From the UHGV virus genome UHGV-0110229: a stretch of 53,808 nt of DNA, one strand, 5' to 3'. Positions 1 through 9,664 of this stretch are shown in pieces. Each line of letters opens with the position of its first letter. Position 1 is the first letter of the stretch. The notes beneath the pieces are model-generated. The model did not search any database and was not told the origin of the DNA. It saw only the letters and a program-made list of their open reading frames with translations. The DNA comes from a virus. A program made the translations under genes and the position numbers.

Positions 1-1200
1 ATGCTTACAGATACCAAACTAAGAAACATCCACGGCAAGCCATACGACGGCCCGGAAGAAGTACCGGATGCGGGCGGATTGTCTGCCAGGATAAGCCCGC
101 GCGGAGTTATATCTTTCCAGTATCGCTACCGATTCAACGGCAAGCCTCGACGGATGAAGATCGGCACATACGGAGAAATAACACTTAAAGAAGCCCGCGC
201 GGCGGTGGCTGAACATAAGGAAGTGTTAAACTCAGGACGAGATCCATCAATCGTAAAAAGAATGCACTTTTCCCGCGTTACGACACGGGCAACGGTTGAG
301 GATATTGTCAGGGAGTACATGGAATCACCGCAGGCAAGAAACATGGTTAACTATAAGCAGGTTGAAGCGATGTTGAATAAGCACGTCATCAGGCCATACG
401 GTGTCTATATAGTCGATGATATGGACGCTATGATGTGGGAGGGTGTTTTTAGAAAGGTGGCTAATGGTGGTGCACCAGTTCAGGCGGGCATAGTTCTCAA
501 CAGAATGAAAGCGGTAATAAAATACGCCATGCGTCGCCGCCGCGTGGATCGTGACGACATATCGTTACTACGCGTGAAAGACGTTGGTAAAAACCCGGCG
601 CAAGGGAAGCGGGTTTTATCAATACAGGAGATTCGCCATCTAATCAGCCTTATAGACAGTTCAAAAATGGCGCGTCTAAATCAGATATTGATGAAACTGA
701 TTATATTCACCGGATGCAGGACAAGCGAGCTAACAAACGCAAGGCGAGAACATTTCGATCTTGATAACTGCGTGTGGACTGTGCCTGGTGCATTGAGTAA
801 GAACAGAAACGAGTTTAAACGCGGTTTATCCGACGTTAGCGTCGATTTATTGCGTGAGGCTATGGATCTGCATAGCTTTGATTTTGTCTTCGTTCCCGTT
901 CTTTCTGGAAGGGATGAGGCGGTGGACAGAAGCGTACCGAAAACAGCGGCAAGGGATTTAATGATGAGGATGGGCGGCGAGCCGTGGTCGTGTCACGATC
1001 TACGCCGCACCGTGAGGACAAACCTTTCAGCGCTTGGCGTTGCGCCTCACGTCGCTGAAAAGGTTTTGGGGCATAAGCTGGCGGGGATGTTGGCTATATA
1101 CGATCAGTATGACTATGTGAGGGAACAAATAGAGGCGATGAATAAGCTGGCTGATTATTACATGAAGCCCATTGATTTACAAAATGAAATAACATCCTGA
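1..1200 (+). CDS. int: Tyrosine recombinase / phage integrase (P4/CP4-57-like, arm-binding N-terminus)
   Basis: 399 aa ORF; catalytic-type motifs TGCRTSEL, HDLRRT, LGH and C-terminal Tyr (AIYDQY). ORF starts at window base 1, so the true 5' end and att site cannot be checked. Confidence 0.85.
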   Translation: MLTDTKLRNIHGKPYDGPEEVPDAGGLSARISPRGVISFQYRYRFNGKPRRMKIGTYGEITLKEARAAVAEHKEVLNSGRDPSIVKRMHFSRVTTRATVEDIVREYMESPQARNMVNYKQVEAMLNKHVIRPYGVYIVDDMDAMMWEGVFRKVANGGAPVQAGIVLNRMKAVIKYAMRRRRVDRDDISLLRVKDVGKNPAQGKRVLSIQEIRHLISLIDSSKMARLNQILMKLIIFTGCRTSELTNARREHFDLDNCVWTVPGALSKNRNEFKRGLSDVSVDLLREAMDLHSFDFVFVPVLSGRDEAVDRSVPKTAARDLMMRMGGEPWSCHDLRRTVRTNLSALGVAPHVAEKVLGHKLAGMLAIYDQYDYVREQIEAMNKLADYYMKPIDLQNEITS

Positions 1201-1376
1201 TAACGGTAAAGAGATCCGCCGCGCTTTAATGCTGGCATCCCCTTAACAGGTTCAGGGAAAGGAGTTCCCGCATCTTTCCATTTTTTAACGAGCTTAAAAA
1301 AGGCGGACTTACTAAGCCCGCCCAACATTTTTTGCACTTGCTCACGATTAATAAGTATTGTCCCGATCTTATCCAT
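1158..1376 (-). CDS. xis: Excisionase-like HTH DNA-binding protein (Xis/AlpA family)
   Basis: 72 aa; excisionase-like pattern (FPEPVKG..R..YRYQDV); convergent with int, 3' ends overlap by 43 nt. Confidence 0.5.
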   Translation of the reverse strand: MDKIGTILINREQVQKMLGGLSKSAFFKLVKKWKDAGTPFPEPVKGMPALKRGGSLYRYQDVISFCKSMGFM

Positions 1377-2038
1377 TATCTTTTCCCCGTGAATTCAACA
1401 TGTCCGATACATCCATCAATAATAGCTTGCGCCATATTGCGATAATCGCACGAAAAATCGTTGTCGTGGTTAAAGTCAATCTCTTTTGCCGCGTCTTCAC
1501 CCATGACATTGATAGCAAGTGCAAGCGCGATTTCAGATAGTGCCTTTTCTTTCGGGTCAATGTGAATGCGGTAAGAGTATTGTTTCCATGCGATTGCTGT
1601 TTCAATATCTGATACTAATTTACTGTGAGCGATAGCCCAATTATCACCGAGATATAAAAACTTGACGACATCAAGAACCGTTCCGCTGGTTACACCCATA
1701 CAATCAAGCCACACATTAACAGGAGGTTTATCACCTGCGGCCCATTCCGTTTTTTCTGGTTGTTTTTCGCAGTCATGCCGCTCATCTTCGATTAATTCAT
1801 CAATGATCTCACTTTCTTTATTCATGCCGTCATCATCCTTATTCGATAAATTAGCGTATTTATCAAATTTCCAGCTTGCAGCCATAACCGAATAAGTGCC
1901 GCCAGTGTCAGCGCGAACACCCAATAGATAGTATGATCCAAAATTATATTCTGTGCGGCATGTTGTTACCTCAAACGATGGGTAACATTCAGGGTTAGTG
2001 CGATGGCTAATCACGCCAATTGCTTTAAGTTTATTCAT
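1376..2038 (-). CDS. Hypothetical protein (distal gene of leftward early operon)
   Basis: 220 aa ORF, acidic central region; no family recognised. Confidence 0.4.
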   Translation of the reverse strand: MNKLKAIGVISHRTNPECYPSFEVTTCRTEYNFGSYYLLGVRADTGGTYSVMAASWKFDKYANLSNKDDDGMNKESEIIDELIEDERHDCEKQPEKTEWAAGDKPPVNVWLDCMGVTSGTVLDVVKFLYLGDNWAIAHSKLVSDIETAIAWKQYSYRIHIDPKEKALSEIALALAINVMGEDAAKEIDFNHDNDFSCDYRNMAQAIIDGCIGHVEFTGKR

Positions 2039-2052
2039 TTGCTTATCCTCAA

Positions 2053-2229
2053 TTACGCCACCGTTACATTGTCAACTTTGATAAAATATTCAGGATGGTT
2101 TTCTATTTCGTGCTTGAAGTGTGCGTGACACAATCGCCAATCACGCGCCTGGTTGTGAAAGTAATAAACATATTCGCCATCAATCTTATACAAAATTCCA
2201 GTAGGTTTAGCCATATAATAACGAGCCAT
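2053..2229 (-). CDS. Hypothetical small protein
   Basis: 58 aa from ATG at 2229..2227, overlapping the ninB stop (TAATG coupling); longer 76 aa version in the ORF track. Confidence 0.3.
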   Translation of the reverse strand: MARYYMAKPTGILYKIDGEYVYYFHNQARDWRLCHAHFKHEIENHPEYFIKVDNVTVA

Positions 2230-2660
2230 TATTGCCCCCAGCGTTTTATAAATTCCTCGTTTAACTTCGTATCGCCAGACCACTGAACACCGTGTTCAGC
2301 GCCGAACGAGTAGATCAGTTCGATTAATTCGCTAAATTCTGATTTACTCATCCGGCTGGTTGATGTTCCCAGCACAACAAAACCTGATTTATCCAGGTTA
2401 GGGACAACGCCATATTTCTTAAGCCCGGCAGTGAATACCGCCTTCCAGTCTTCCGGCGACAGCTTTTTGCCGTACCAATTAACCTGATCGCTAACGTCTG
2501 TCAGCAGCGCCCAAAGTAACGCGTTTTGACTCAGCGAGCGGGTTTTCTCCTGGATGGTAATGACCAGCGGGCTTTTGCTATCAGGCAGGATTTCCTTTAT
2601 CTGCCTGATAGCGTTTTCTTTTACGGCATCGTTGACTATTTCAAATCTTATTTGCCTCAT
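2229..2660 (-). CDS. ninB: NinB/Orf recombination mediator
   Basis: 143 aa; close match to lambda NinB as recalled (FEI..NAI..I.EILPD...P.VVTIQE..RSL.QN..LWA.L.DVS.QV.W.G..L..E.WK.VFTA.LK...VVPNL...GFVV.G.STSRM...EF.EL.ELI..FG.E.GV.WS). Confidence 0.8.
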   Translation of the reverse strand: MRQIRFEIVNDAVKENAIRQIKEILPDSKSPLVITIQEKTRSLSQNALLWALLTDVSDQVNWYGKKLSPEDWKAVFTAGLKKYGVVPNLDKSGFVVLGTSTSRMSKSEFSELIELIYSFGAEHGVQWSGDTKLNEEFIKRWGQ

Positions 2661-2854
2661 GATACACCGTTACTATTTTTCCACTGTGCCCGCGCATACA
2701 TGATCGCCCGCAAAGAAATTAGGCGCGAGCTTGTCATGAAAGCGCTTTTTAAGTACCTCATATCAACAACAACAGGCTTATCAGGATCGTCGCCGCGCAT
2801 GTATTCCGCAATTGTGCTTAAGTCTTCCACGGTCAAATCTAATTCCCTATTCAT
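2657..2854 (-). CDS. Hypothetical protein
   Basis: 65 aa ORF; 4-nt overlap with ninB start. Confidence 0.35.
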   Translation of the reverse strand: MNRELDLTVEDLSTIAEYMRGDDPDKPVVVDMRYLKSAFMTSSRLISLRAIMYARAQWKNSNGVS

Positions 2855-2863
2855 GGCCGCCCC

Positions 2864-3070
2864 TTACACAATCCGCATTGTGTTTCGTAACTCACCGCGC
2901 AGCGCCTGCAAAGCGTAACGAATAGGCACAAAAGCCCGGTTAAATTTTACATGCTTATACTTGCGCATTAATGGAGGCGTATAAACCATCGTGCCGCAAC
3001 GATCGCATGTGAATTTAAAGTGAGATTCGTCAATAAACGTTTCAACTGAATAAAAAATTACCCGTCTCAT
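2864..3070 (-). CDS. Hypothetical small protein
   Basis: 68 aa ORF in the operon. Confidence 0.3.
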   Translation of the reverse strand: MRRVIFYSVETFIDESHFKFTCDRCGTMVYTPPLMRKYKHVKFNRAFVPIRYALQALRGELRNTMRIV

Positions 3071-3624
3071 AATTCCAACCCCGTTTCTCCGTTAAGTTTT
3101 TCAATCTCAAATACTGGTTTATCAGGTAGCAGGTAGTTATTTTTCCGGTACTCGTTCAGGCGGCTGTCAAAGTCAAACGCCAAATCATTGGCGTGACCGA
3201 ATCGCCCAGGTTTAAACAGTGAGTAAAAATTAACCCCATGCCTATTTGGATCAACGCAAAGCGTTTCATCAATCACCATTAAACGCAGAGTACGAGAAAG
3301 ATAATTCCACGGTATACCCGTTTCAGCGCTAATGTCGCGCATACGCTTTTTAACGCTGTAGTCACCAAATAACGACGCGACACGCTCACGACGTTCAGCA
3401 TATAACTGTTTAATACGATAACCCAGCAGGCGGCGGCGGCGTCCAAAGCATGTATACACGCGCTCGACGATGCCGTTTTTTATTAAGTGTTTAATTGTCT
3501 CAGGCATGATTCCATACTTATCATACCCAGCCAATAACCCTGTTTTCTGGCGTAACTGGTGCATTGTTGCGATGCCATCAAGTTCAAGGATATTGATAAT
3601 TTTTGTTTCAATTTCAGCGCTCAT
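3067..3624 (-). CDS. Hypothetical protein
   Basis: 185 aa ORF tightly packed between helicase and nin-like genes. Confidence 0.4.
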   Translation of the reverse strand: MSAEIETKIINILELDGIATMHQLRQKTGLLAGYDKYGIMPETIKHLIKNGIVERVYTCFGRRRRLLGYRIKQLYAERRERVASLFGDYSVKKRMRDISAETGIPWNYLSRTLRLMVIDETLCVDPNRHGVNFYSLFKPGRFGHANDLAFDFDSRLNEYRKNNYLLPDKPVFEIEKLNGETGLEL

Positions 3625-3700
3625 TTTTAGCCTCGTTTAAAACGCGATAACAGCCACCAGAAAGCGGTAAACTTTCCGGTAAGCCGTTTGCTCAGATTAA

Positions 3701-5116
3701 TTAAAAAGATGTGTTATTCTGATTGTTTCGTTGGTTAAAACGGCTTGTGCGATGATTCATTGACTGAATACACGCGGCGGCGGCGCGAGCCTGGTCGCAT
3801 GGCAAGATATTACCGTTGTCATCAAACCGCTGGTAAACAGTTCCAGACTTACCATGACGGTTTTTTGACACAATGATTTCCATATATTCGCGGGCAACAG
3901 ACTGTTCATCGTAATATCCATCTCGGTAAACCATGATTATCCTGTCGGCATCTTGCTCAAGGTTGCCAGAATCACGAAGATCAGAATTGTTAGGGCGCTT
4001 GTTCGGTCGTTCCTCAACGCGGCGTGACAGTTGCGCCAGCGCCAACACTGGTACACGCAATTCTTTCGCCATCATCTTCAACGACCACGACAATTGCCCT
4101 ACAGCGAGATCGTGACGTTCGGCCTTAGCCAGCTTCATTAACCCGATGTAGTCAATCATTACCATGCCCAAATTTGGGTGATCCTGTTTCATGCGTTCCG
4201 TTGTTGCGCGTATTTCCTCAACCGTTAACTGCGACGCGTCAACGATCCACACATCAAGGTTAGCAAGTGCGCTCATGCCCTGGCCGACATGCGCCCACCC
4301 CTCATCATCAAGTTTTACCGGATTGCGCAGGCAGTCGGTTGATAAATTACCAGCGCCAGCGATGGCGCGTTCAGTCATCTGATCGAGTGACATTTCAAGC
4401 GTGAAGAACAAAACGCCAACCCGCTGATCTTTACTGCCAGGGTAAGGGCGTTCAGCGGCAGCGCGGGCAATTGCAAGCGCCAACGCAGATTTACCAGACC
4501 CAGGACGTCCAGCTAAAAGCACCAAATCAGTAGCGTTAATGCCGCCCAACATCTCATCGAGTGGATCTATCCCTGTTTTGATGTTGTCAGAATTAACACC
4601 GCATTCCATGCGCTTGCTTAAAACGTCCGTATATTCCTGTACCGCATCACGCAACAGAACAGGAATGATCTTATCTTTCGTTACCTTTAATTTTGAATAC
4701 CGGGAATCAAAATCTTTCATCGTCTCTTTGACGACCTCAAGCGTCCCCGTCTCCAGTTTGTAGCGCATATCGTCGATGAGTTCCAACATCTGCCGCCGCT
4801 GGTGCTCTTCACGTAGTAGCTGTGCGTATCCCTTAAGGTTGGCAGCAGAAGGGCACGAACGCGCCGTTTGCATTAGGGGCACGAAATTTTCATTGCCAAT
4901 CTCATCGCCAACAAGCAATGCGTCTATCAGATTCCTGTTTCTGGCTTGCGCCCGGATAACTTCAAACGCACGTTTATAAAGCGGGATCGTGAACACTTCA
5001 GGATCAAGCGTGGCGAGAACATCTTGCGCGTTAGGAGTAAGGCCACCCAACAACAGCCCGCCGATAACTGACGCCTCACGTTCCTGCCGTAGTGAGTTTA
5101 TTTGCTCAGTTACCAT
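3701..5116 (-). CDS. Replicative DNA helicase, DnaB family
   Basis: 471 aa; Walker A GRPGSGKSALALAIA; DnaB-like motifs (IDYIGLM, LAQLSR, NRHG). Confidence 0.85.
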   Translation of the reverse strand: MVTEQINSLRQEREASVIGGLLLGGLTPNAQDVLATLDPEVFTIPLYKRAFEVIRAQARNRNLIDALLVGDEIGNENFVPLMQTARSCPSAANLKGYAQLLREEHQRRQMLELIDDMRYKLETGTLEVVKETMKDFDSRYSKLKVTKDKIIPVLLRDAVQEYTDVLSKRMECGVNSDNIKTGIDPLDEMLGGINATDLVLLAGRPGSGKSALALAIARAAAERPYPGSKDQRVGVLFFTLEMSLDQMTERAIAGAGNLSTDCLRNPVKLDDEGWAHVGQGMSALANLDVWIVDASQLTVEEIRATTERMKQDHPNLGMVMIDYIGLMKLAKAERHDLAVGQLSWSLKMMAKELRVPVLALAQLSRRVEERPNKRPNNSDLRDSGNLEQDADRIIMVYRDGYYDEQSVAREYMEIIVSKNRHGKSGTVYQRFDDNGNILPCDQARAAAACIQSMNHRTSRFNQRNNQNNTSF

Positions 5117-5134
5117 TATGTTATTTCCTCCGGT

Positions 5135-6253
5135 TTACAAAATGGAAAATTCAGGGTAATAAACAAAGCGCCCGATCTCACCATGATCCGGGCTGTAGAT
5201 GATAACCGCCGCCAGGCGACGCGACCGCCATCCGCCATTAGTCGAATAAGCATCCTTACCGGCTAACGTGCCGTGGTGCTCAACAATTCCGAGCGACGTT
5301 TCAACGACTGATTGATGGTGCAGATGTCCAGTGTGCGCGTAAACAGCAACCGACTTCCCGAAATCCTCGCGCCAGTCAGAGACGCAAGCAGCCAATAAAT
5401 TTTCAGGCTTTTTGATAGTGTGCCCGTGGTGGTAAGCGAGAAATGTTTTACCGTACTGCGTGTGGTGAACGATAGCAGGTGACACATCAACCGTCACACG
5501 CGGTTCATCTTCGTAAAAAGCCGCCAGCGCCGCACGTAACCAGATCATCCCTGACTGATCGTGATTGCCTGATAACACCTGGATTTCAATATCCTTATGA
5601 TTTAACAACATCTTACCTACAGCACGCCGGACAGACCTGATCGCTACATAGACAAGTTTTGCATAACGACTATCTTGATCAAGAATGTGCCCGCTTGTTG
5701 GCGTAACCGGGACCATTCCATCAGAATGAAGCAGGTCGCCACCTAGAAGCAAAACGGCTTTTTCAGACATCGGCGCGGCGCCCACAGCGTAGTCAAAGAA
5801 GTCATTCAACACGCGCTCAGCGATCCCGGTGTCGTAGCTCTCGCCGCATTCTGCTTTGTGAGCAAGTGCGCCGATATGCAGATCAAATACCGGATAAAGG
5901 GCCAGGCTTTTTTGGAAATCAATTTCCGGCACTGGCACGGCCTCCGCGCGTGGTATTTCTTCCGTGAATGCGTCGCGGGCCGATTCCATTAGCTGTTCCA
6001 TTTCATCGCGGTCACGGGCTGTTTTAATCCAGCGCATGATCACATTGCCGTTCTTATCGACTAGCAACGACTCGCCATTGACGCCAAAACCAGGCGCGCG
6101 GCGTGTTGACAATAAACCGCGTTTCGCCAGTTTTGCCCCCAGGCGCTCTACGTTGCGTTTTGACATGCCGTACTTTTCAGCGATCTGCTTGTACGTTAAA
6201 CCGTTGTTATATTCAGCGATCAATTGCTCATCGCTTATCTTTCTTTGTGACAT
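5135..6253 (-). CDS. HTH domain fused to calcineurin-like (Mre11/SbcD-type) metallophosphoesterase
   Basis: 372 aa; N-terminal HTH (LTYKQIAEKYGMSKRNVERL); phosphoesterase motifs DLHIG, GGDLLHSD, SGNHD, YHHGH, HTGHLHH. Confidence 0.6.
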   Translation of the reverse strand: MSQRKISDEQLIAEYNNGLTYKQIAEKYGMSKRNVERLGAKLAKRGLLSTRRAPGFGVNGESLLVDKNGNVIMRWIKTARDRDEMEQLMESARDAFTEEIPRAEAVPVPEIDFQKSLALYPVFDLHIGALAHKAECGESYDTGIAERVLNDFFDYAVGAAPMSEKAVLLLGGDLLHSDGMVPVTPTSGHILDQDSRYAKLVYVAIRSVRRAVGKMLLNHKDIEIQVLSGNHDQSGMIWLRAALAAFYEDEPRVTVDVSPAIVHHTQYGKTFLAYHHGHTIKKPENLLAACVSDWREDFGKSVAVYAHTGHLHHQSVVETSLGIVEHHGTLAGKDAYSTNGGWRSRRLAAVIIYSPDHGEIGRFVYYPEFSIL

Positions 6254-6287
6254 AGTGTCATTTCCTCACGAATAACAAATTGTATAC

Positions 6288-7028
6288 TTAGTTACAAGTT
6301 AAAAGCTCAGTGATCCATACTTGTCCTTTAGCAGTGAATACAGCCTGCTCATATCCATCGTGAGTTACCCTCATTTCACCGTAGCCCTCATCAATAAACC
6401 ACTGACTGAATACACGGCGGCGACAGCGAAGATCGTAAACACCAACCGCCGAAAGTTTTCTGTTTAATTTTACGGCTGACATTCCCAGCGGTTTAGCTAC
6501 CTCTGAAGCCGTTCGGTGCATATCGTTTTTGACTATCGCGTCACATACAGCCGCTTTCGGAGCCAGCACCTTGTTTTCAAGCGTAAGCCGTTCATTTTCT
6601 TTCTTAACTAACAATTTTTGCTCAACCTCATCCGCCCATGCGCGGGCTGCCGCAACCGGATCAGTGAAATCCGGCAAAGCTAGTTTGTGTTGCGCCTCCT
6701 CCAACTCTTTAACGCGTTTAATTACCTTCATGCGTTGCTTAACGTCATAGCCAGTGATCAAGCACATTGTTAGCTCTTTATTTAGCAAAACCTCATCAAT
6801 GACGTTGCGACCTTTGTACTGCTTGTACTTAAACAAAAACCCTATAAATTCAAAATCCTGCATTTTTGCAGGATAAAAATCATGTTCAGTAAACCCTAAA
6901 TCTAGCAGCATGTTTTTAATATCACGCACAACCACAGAAGAATGATCCTTGTCTGTTGCTTCTGCTATTTCACGCGATGAAATCATTAATACTTCGCTAT
7001 CGACATCAAAAACCATCAATTCAGACAT
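6288..7028 (-). CDS. Rha-family regulator with KilA-C (antirepressor-type) C-terminal domain
   Basis: Start taken at MSELMVFDV (GGAGAAAA RBS upstream); N-terminus Rha-like, C-terminus KilA-C-like; ORF track gives a longer 6288..7088 version. Confidence 0.55.
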   Translation of the reverse strand: MSELMVFDVDSEVLMISSREIAEATDKDHSSVVVRDIKNMLLDLGFTEHDFYPAKMQDFEFIGFLFKYKQYKGRNVIDEVLLNKELTMCLITGYDVKQRMKVIKRVKELEEAQHKLALPDFTDPVAAARAWADEVEQKLLVKKENERLTLENKVLAPKAAVCDAIVKNDMHRTASEVAKPLGMSAVKLNRKLSAVGVYDLRCRRRVFSQWFIDEGYGEMRVTHDGYEQAVFTAKGQVWITELLTCN

Positions 7029-7160
7029 TGTATTTTCTCCGTAAAACGCGCTACAACGCAAAAATCCCACCGCGTAACCCGTTTGCACAGGTTGCAGTGT
7101 CTTATTGCGTTATAGACGCTCTCAGGTGGCTAATTTTTGATTTACAGGATGGTATGAAGG

Positions 7161-7262
7161 TTATAGATTGACCAGAAGGAACAAACCGCCGAACAAAGCG
7201 ACGTTAACGGCGATTGCAGCAGCGATGGCAAAAGCCAGGGCAAAAACGTGTTTACCGTCCAT
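7161..7262 (-). CDS. Possible small hydrophobic peptide (33 aa, single TM)
   Basis: MDGKHVFALAFAIAAAIAVNVALFGGLFLLVNL with GAGAGG RBS; sits in the gap between the replication initiator and Rha genes. Confidence 0.25.
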   Translation of the reverse strand: MDGKHVFALAFAIAAAIAVNVALFGGLFLLVNL

Positions 7263-7395
7263 TTTGAAATCCTCTCTAAAACGCTCTCTAACGAGATAAA
7301 TAGCTAAAGGTATGCAAGTGTAGCACTCAATGCTTTTTAGCTCGCTGGTGAGCTTGTTTTGCGGGTAATTTTGTGTTTTTGCGTATCGTGTTTGG

Positions 7396-8454
7396 TCAAA
7401 GAGCGCCACATCGTGTATCACGTAGCGTTTTTGGTTTAAGCAGGAAATCAAGTGTCGCAGTGAAGCCATCGCCGAAGTAAAAATCTGAAGCATTGTTTTT
7501 GAACGTTTCAAAGTAGGCGACAAAGCCGTTAATGCTTTTGTCTTTCAGGTAGTCAGTGAACGCATAAATCTTGCGTTCAAGATCCCGATCCAGTTCGGCA
7601 GGTGGCAACATGCCATCAAACGTGCTGTTAAATGCCTCCACTACGTCGGCAGCGTTTGCAGTGGCTGACAGTTTGCGCCATTTTTCAGCATCAGCCAGAT
7701 ACCCATCAAATTTAGTCACCCGGCAAATGTTTATAGGCTTAGGTGTTCCACCACGGCTACGCCATTGCGTTAAAGCCCACTCAATCACTAATGTGATCTC
7801 ATCCTCCGTATACGCTTTACGTGTTTTTGTTTCTGTCAGTAGTTCTACGAATGGCTTAGCATCACGACACTTGCATCCTGCCTTGTCGTTGTAGAAGGCC
7901 AGACAACGCAACGCCGCTTCGTTTACGCCATCCTGACTGACCGTTTTTTGTTCATTTTCGACAATACACGAAGTGTATATATCTTTTTCTCTTTCTTCTT
8001 CTTCTTCTAATTCTAATTCATGACCCTTTCCTGACCCTGTCATGACCCTATCATGACCTTTTTGTGTTTGATTGATTAGCTTTTCTAATTTTAATTGCTC
8101 CTTAGCTGTGTTTATTGCTGCCCTGTATGCGCTTTTAGAAGTCATTGATTGGTCAAGCCTTTTCAATAACTTTAAACAAGTTATGTGGCCCTGAGAACAT
8201 TCGAATAAACCAATTTCGATAAAGTATTTCATCATTTCTTCTATGCGCTTTTCAGTAGATCCTACGTTTCGCGCAATGATTCTTGCATCGTGTCGAAGGT
8301 CAAAATTAAGGTTGTGCTGATCTACGTCGTAAGTTATCAGTTCGAGGCAATACCAATAAAGACCGTAACCTTCCAGGCCATAATCTAATAAAACGTTTTG
8401 AAGTTTTTCATCGCGGTTCGCATCGCTATCATGCTTAAACCACTTCATAATCAT
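7396..8454 (-). CDS. Putative replication initiation protein (phage O/DnaD-like)
   Basis: 352 aa; N-terminus MKWFKHDSD..YGLEGYGLYWY resembles phage replisome-organiser N-terminal domains; acidic linker; sits upstream of the helicase. Confidence 0.5.
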   Translation of the reverse strand: MIMKWFKHDSDANRDEKLQNVLLDYGLEGYGLYWYCLELITYDVDQHNLNFDLRHDARIIARNVGSTEKRIEEMMKYFIEIGLFECSQGHITCLKLLKRLDQSMTSKSAYRAAINTAKEQLKLEKLINQTQKGHDRVMTGSGKGHELELEEEEEREKDIYTSCIVENEQKTVSQDGVNEAALRCLAFYNDKAGCKCRDAKPFVELLTETKTRKAYTEDEITLVIEWALTQWRSRGGTPKPINICRVTKFDGYLADAEKWRKLSATANAADVVEAFNSTFDGMLPPAELDRDLERKIYAFTDYLKDKSINGFVAYFETFKNNASDFYFGDGFTATLDFLLKPKTLRDTRCGAL

Positions 8455-8705
8455 TCCTCCGGCAACATAACTACATAGACACCACTAAACGCATCAATAC
8501 GGCAAACAAACCCTTTGCTAATTAATGCGGCGAAGGCATCATGTACCGTATGAACAGGAAGTTCACACATTTTTGCTACTTCTTCGCGTGATACGCTTGT
8601 CCGCCCCTGGCTATCCGCCGTCTCAGCAAGGGCGATCAAAACTAGTTTTTGAATCGGGCTGTTAAGTTTTACGTTCCATGCTTTGCTAATTATGTTCATG
8701 CTCAT
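8451..8705 (-). CDS. HTH DNA-binding protein, first gene of leftward early operon (Cro/cII-position)
   Basis: 84 aa from ATG at 8705..8703 with AGGAG RBS; HTH-like segment REEVAKMCELPVHTVHDAFAAL; divergent from cI. Confidence 0.45.
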   Translation of the reverse strand: MSMNIISKAWNVKLNSPIQKLVLIALAETADSQGRTSVSREEVAKMCELPVHTVHDAFAALISKGFVCRIDAFSGVYVVMLPEE

Positions 8706-8814
8706 CGTGTTTTCTCCTATGGTTAGAGTGAACGCGCTGGCGGGCATCCAATTAGCATTAGATAGCAGTGACTGACCGCTCAACAGATCCCGCCGTTGCG
8801 TGATATTTGTTTTT

Positions 8815-8846
8815 CGCTTCGCAGCGACACCGGATTTTTAAAGAGC
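8815..8846 (-). promoter_or_regulatory. nut-like site (boxA + boxB-type hairpin) for the leftward operon
   Basis: On the minus strand: AGCTCTTTAAAAATCCGG followed by hairpin CGCT-GCGA-AGCG; shares the 17-mer GCTCTTTAAAAATCCGG with the site at 17292. Confidence 0.5.
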
Positions 8847-8887
8847 TTTTAAGGTATGTTCCTTTTGTGCTTTCCATTATCTTTTTT

Positions 8888-8903
8888 CTTGCATCCTTGC
8901 AAG
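8888..8903. promoter_or_regulatory. Candidate operator palindrome in the cI/cro-side intergenic region
   Basis: CTTGCA-TCCT-TGCAAG perfect 6-bp inverted repeat; further TGCAAG/CTTGCA half-sites at 8921 and 8976. Confidence 0.35.
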
Positions 8904-9011
8904 TATGGACTTACCTTGTCTGCAAGTTTACAGAATGGCGTTAACAGGTCAAGGATTGAAAAATACATTTTGTGACTTGCATCAAACTTTTTTAGCTTAT
9001 AGGGTAGCGAC

Positions 9012-9659
9012 ATGAAAACAAAATGGTATGACTTGGCAAAACAACTCATGCGGGCGCAGGGCATGAGTCAGGATTCACTGGCTGATCTCATGGGGATAAC
9101 AAAAGGCGGCTTGTCGCACTGGCTGAACGGTCGCCGTGAGCCAAATCTTGAAGATATTGCGCGGATCATGCGGGCGCTTGGGCGTCGGCAATTCACTGTC
9201 ACACATGATGGGATGGTCATCGATGATTCTGTTTCTAACACGTTACCGGGAGCGCCACCGCGTGATTTAGGCAGTTACCCGGTTGTTGACTGGAAGGACG
9301 CAGTAAACAATATGGAAGATGCAAGGCGATCAACATTACCACACGTTACAACTAGCGTTATTTGTTCTGATGATAGTTATTGGCTGGTAGCTAAAGGCGA
9401 ATCAATGAACGCTCCGCAAGGATTGAGTATACCAGCGGGGACGATGATACTTGTCGATCCGCACGCGCCAGCTATTGACGGCAAACTAGTTATAGCCCAA
9501 CTGGAGGAAGGGCAAACTCCTACGTTTAAACAGCTTGTTATTGATGGAGGTCAAAGGCTTTTACGTTCACTCAATCCGCTGTATCCACCGATCCCTATGA
9601 ATCCAGAATCTAAAATCATAGGTGTGGTAGTGGATGCGAAGATCGTAAACCTGCCATAA
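9012..9659 (+). CDS. cI: CI-type prophage repressor (HTH + S24 LexA-like autopeptidase)
   Basis: 215 aa; N-terminal HTH (QDSLADLMGITKGGLSHWLNG); C-terminal S24 motifs (AKGESM Ser, later Lys). Confidence 0.85.
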   Translation: MKTKWYDLAKQLMRAQGMSQDSLADLMGITKGGLSHWLNGRREPNLEDIARIMRALGRRQFTVTHDGMVIDDSVSNTLPGAPPRDLGSYPVVDWKDAVNNMEDARRSTLPHVTTSVICSDDSYWLVAKGESMNAPQGLSIPAGTMILVDPHAPAIDGKLVIAQLEEGQTPTFKQLVIDGGQRLLRSLNPLYPPIPMNPESKIIGVVVDAKIVNLP

Positions 9660-9664
9660 ACACT

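Noticed and set aside
8849-9064. 71 aa reverse-strand ORF overlapping the cI start and operator region
   Set aside because: It spans the divergent promoter/operator region and the first codons of cI and has no RBS; more likely regulatory DNA than a gene.
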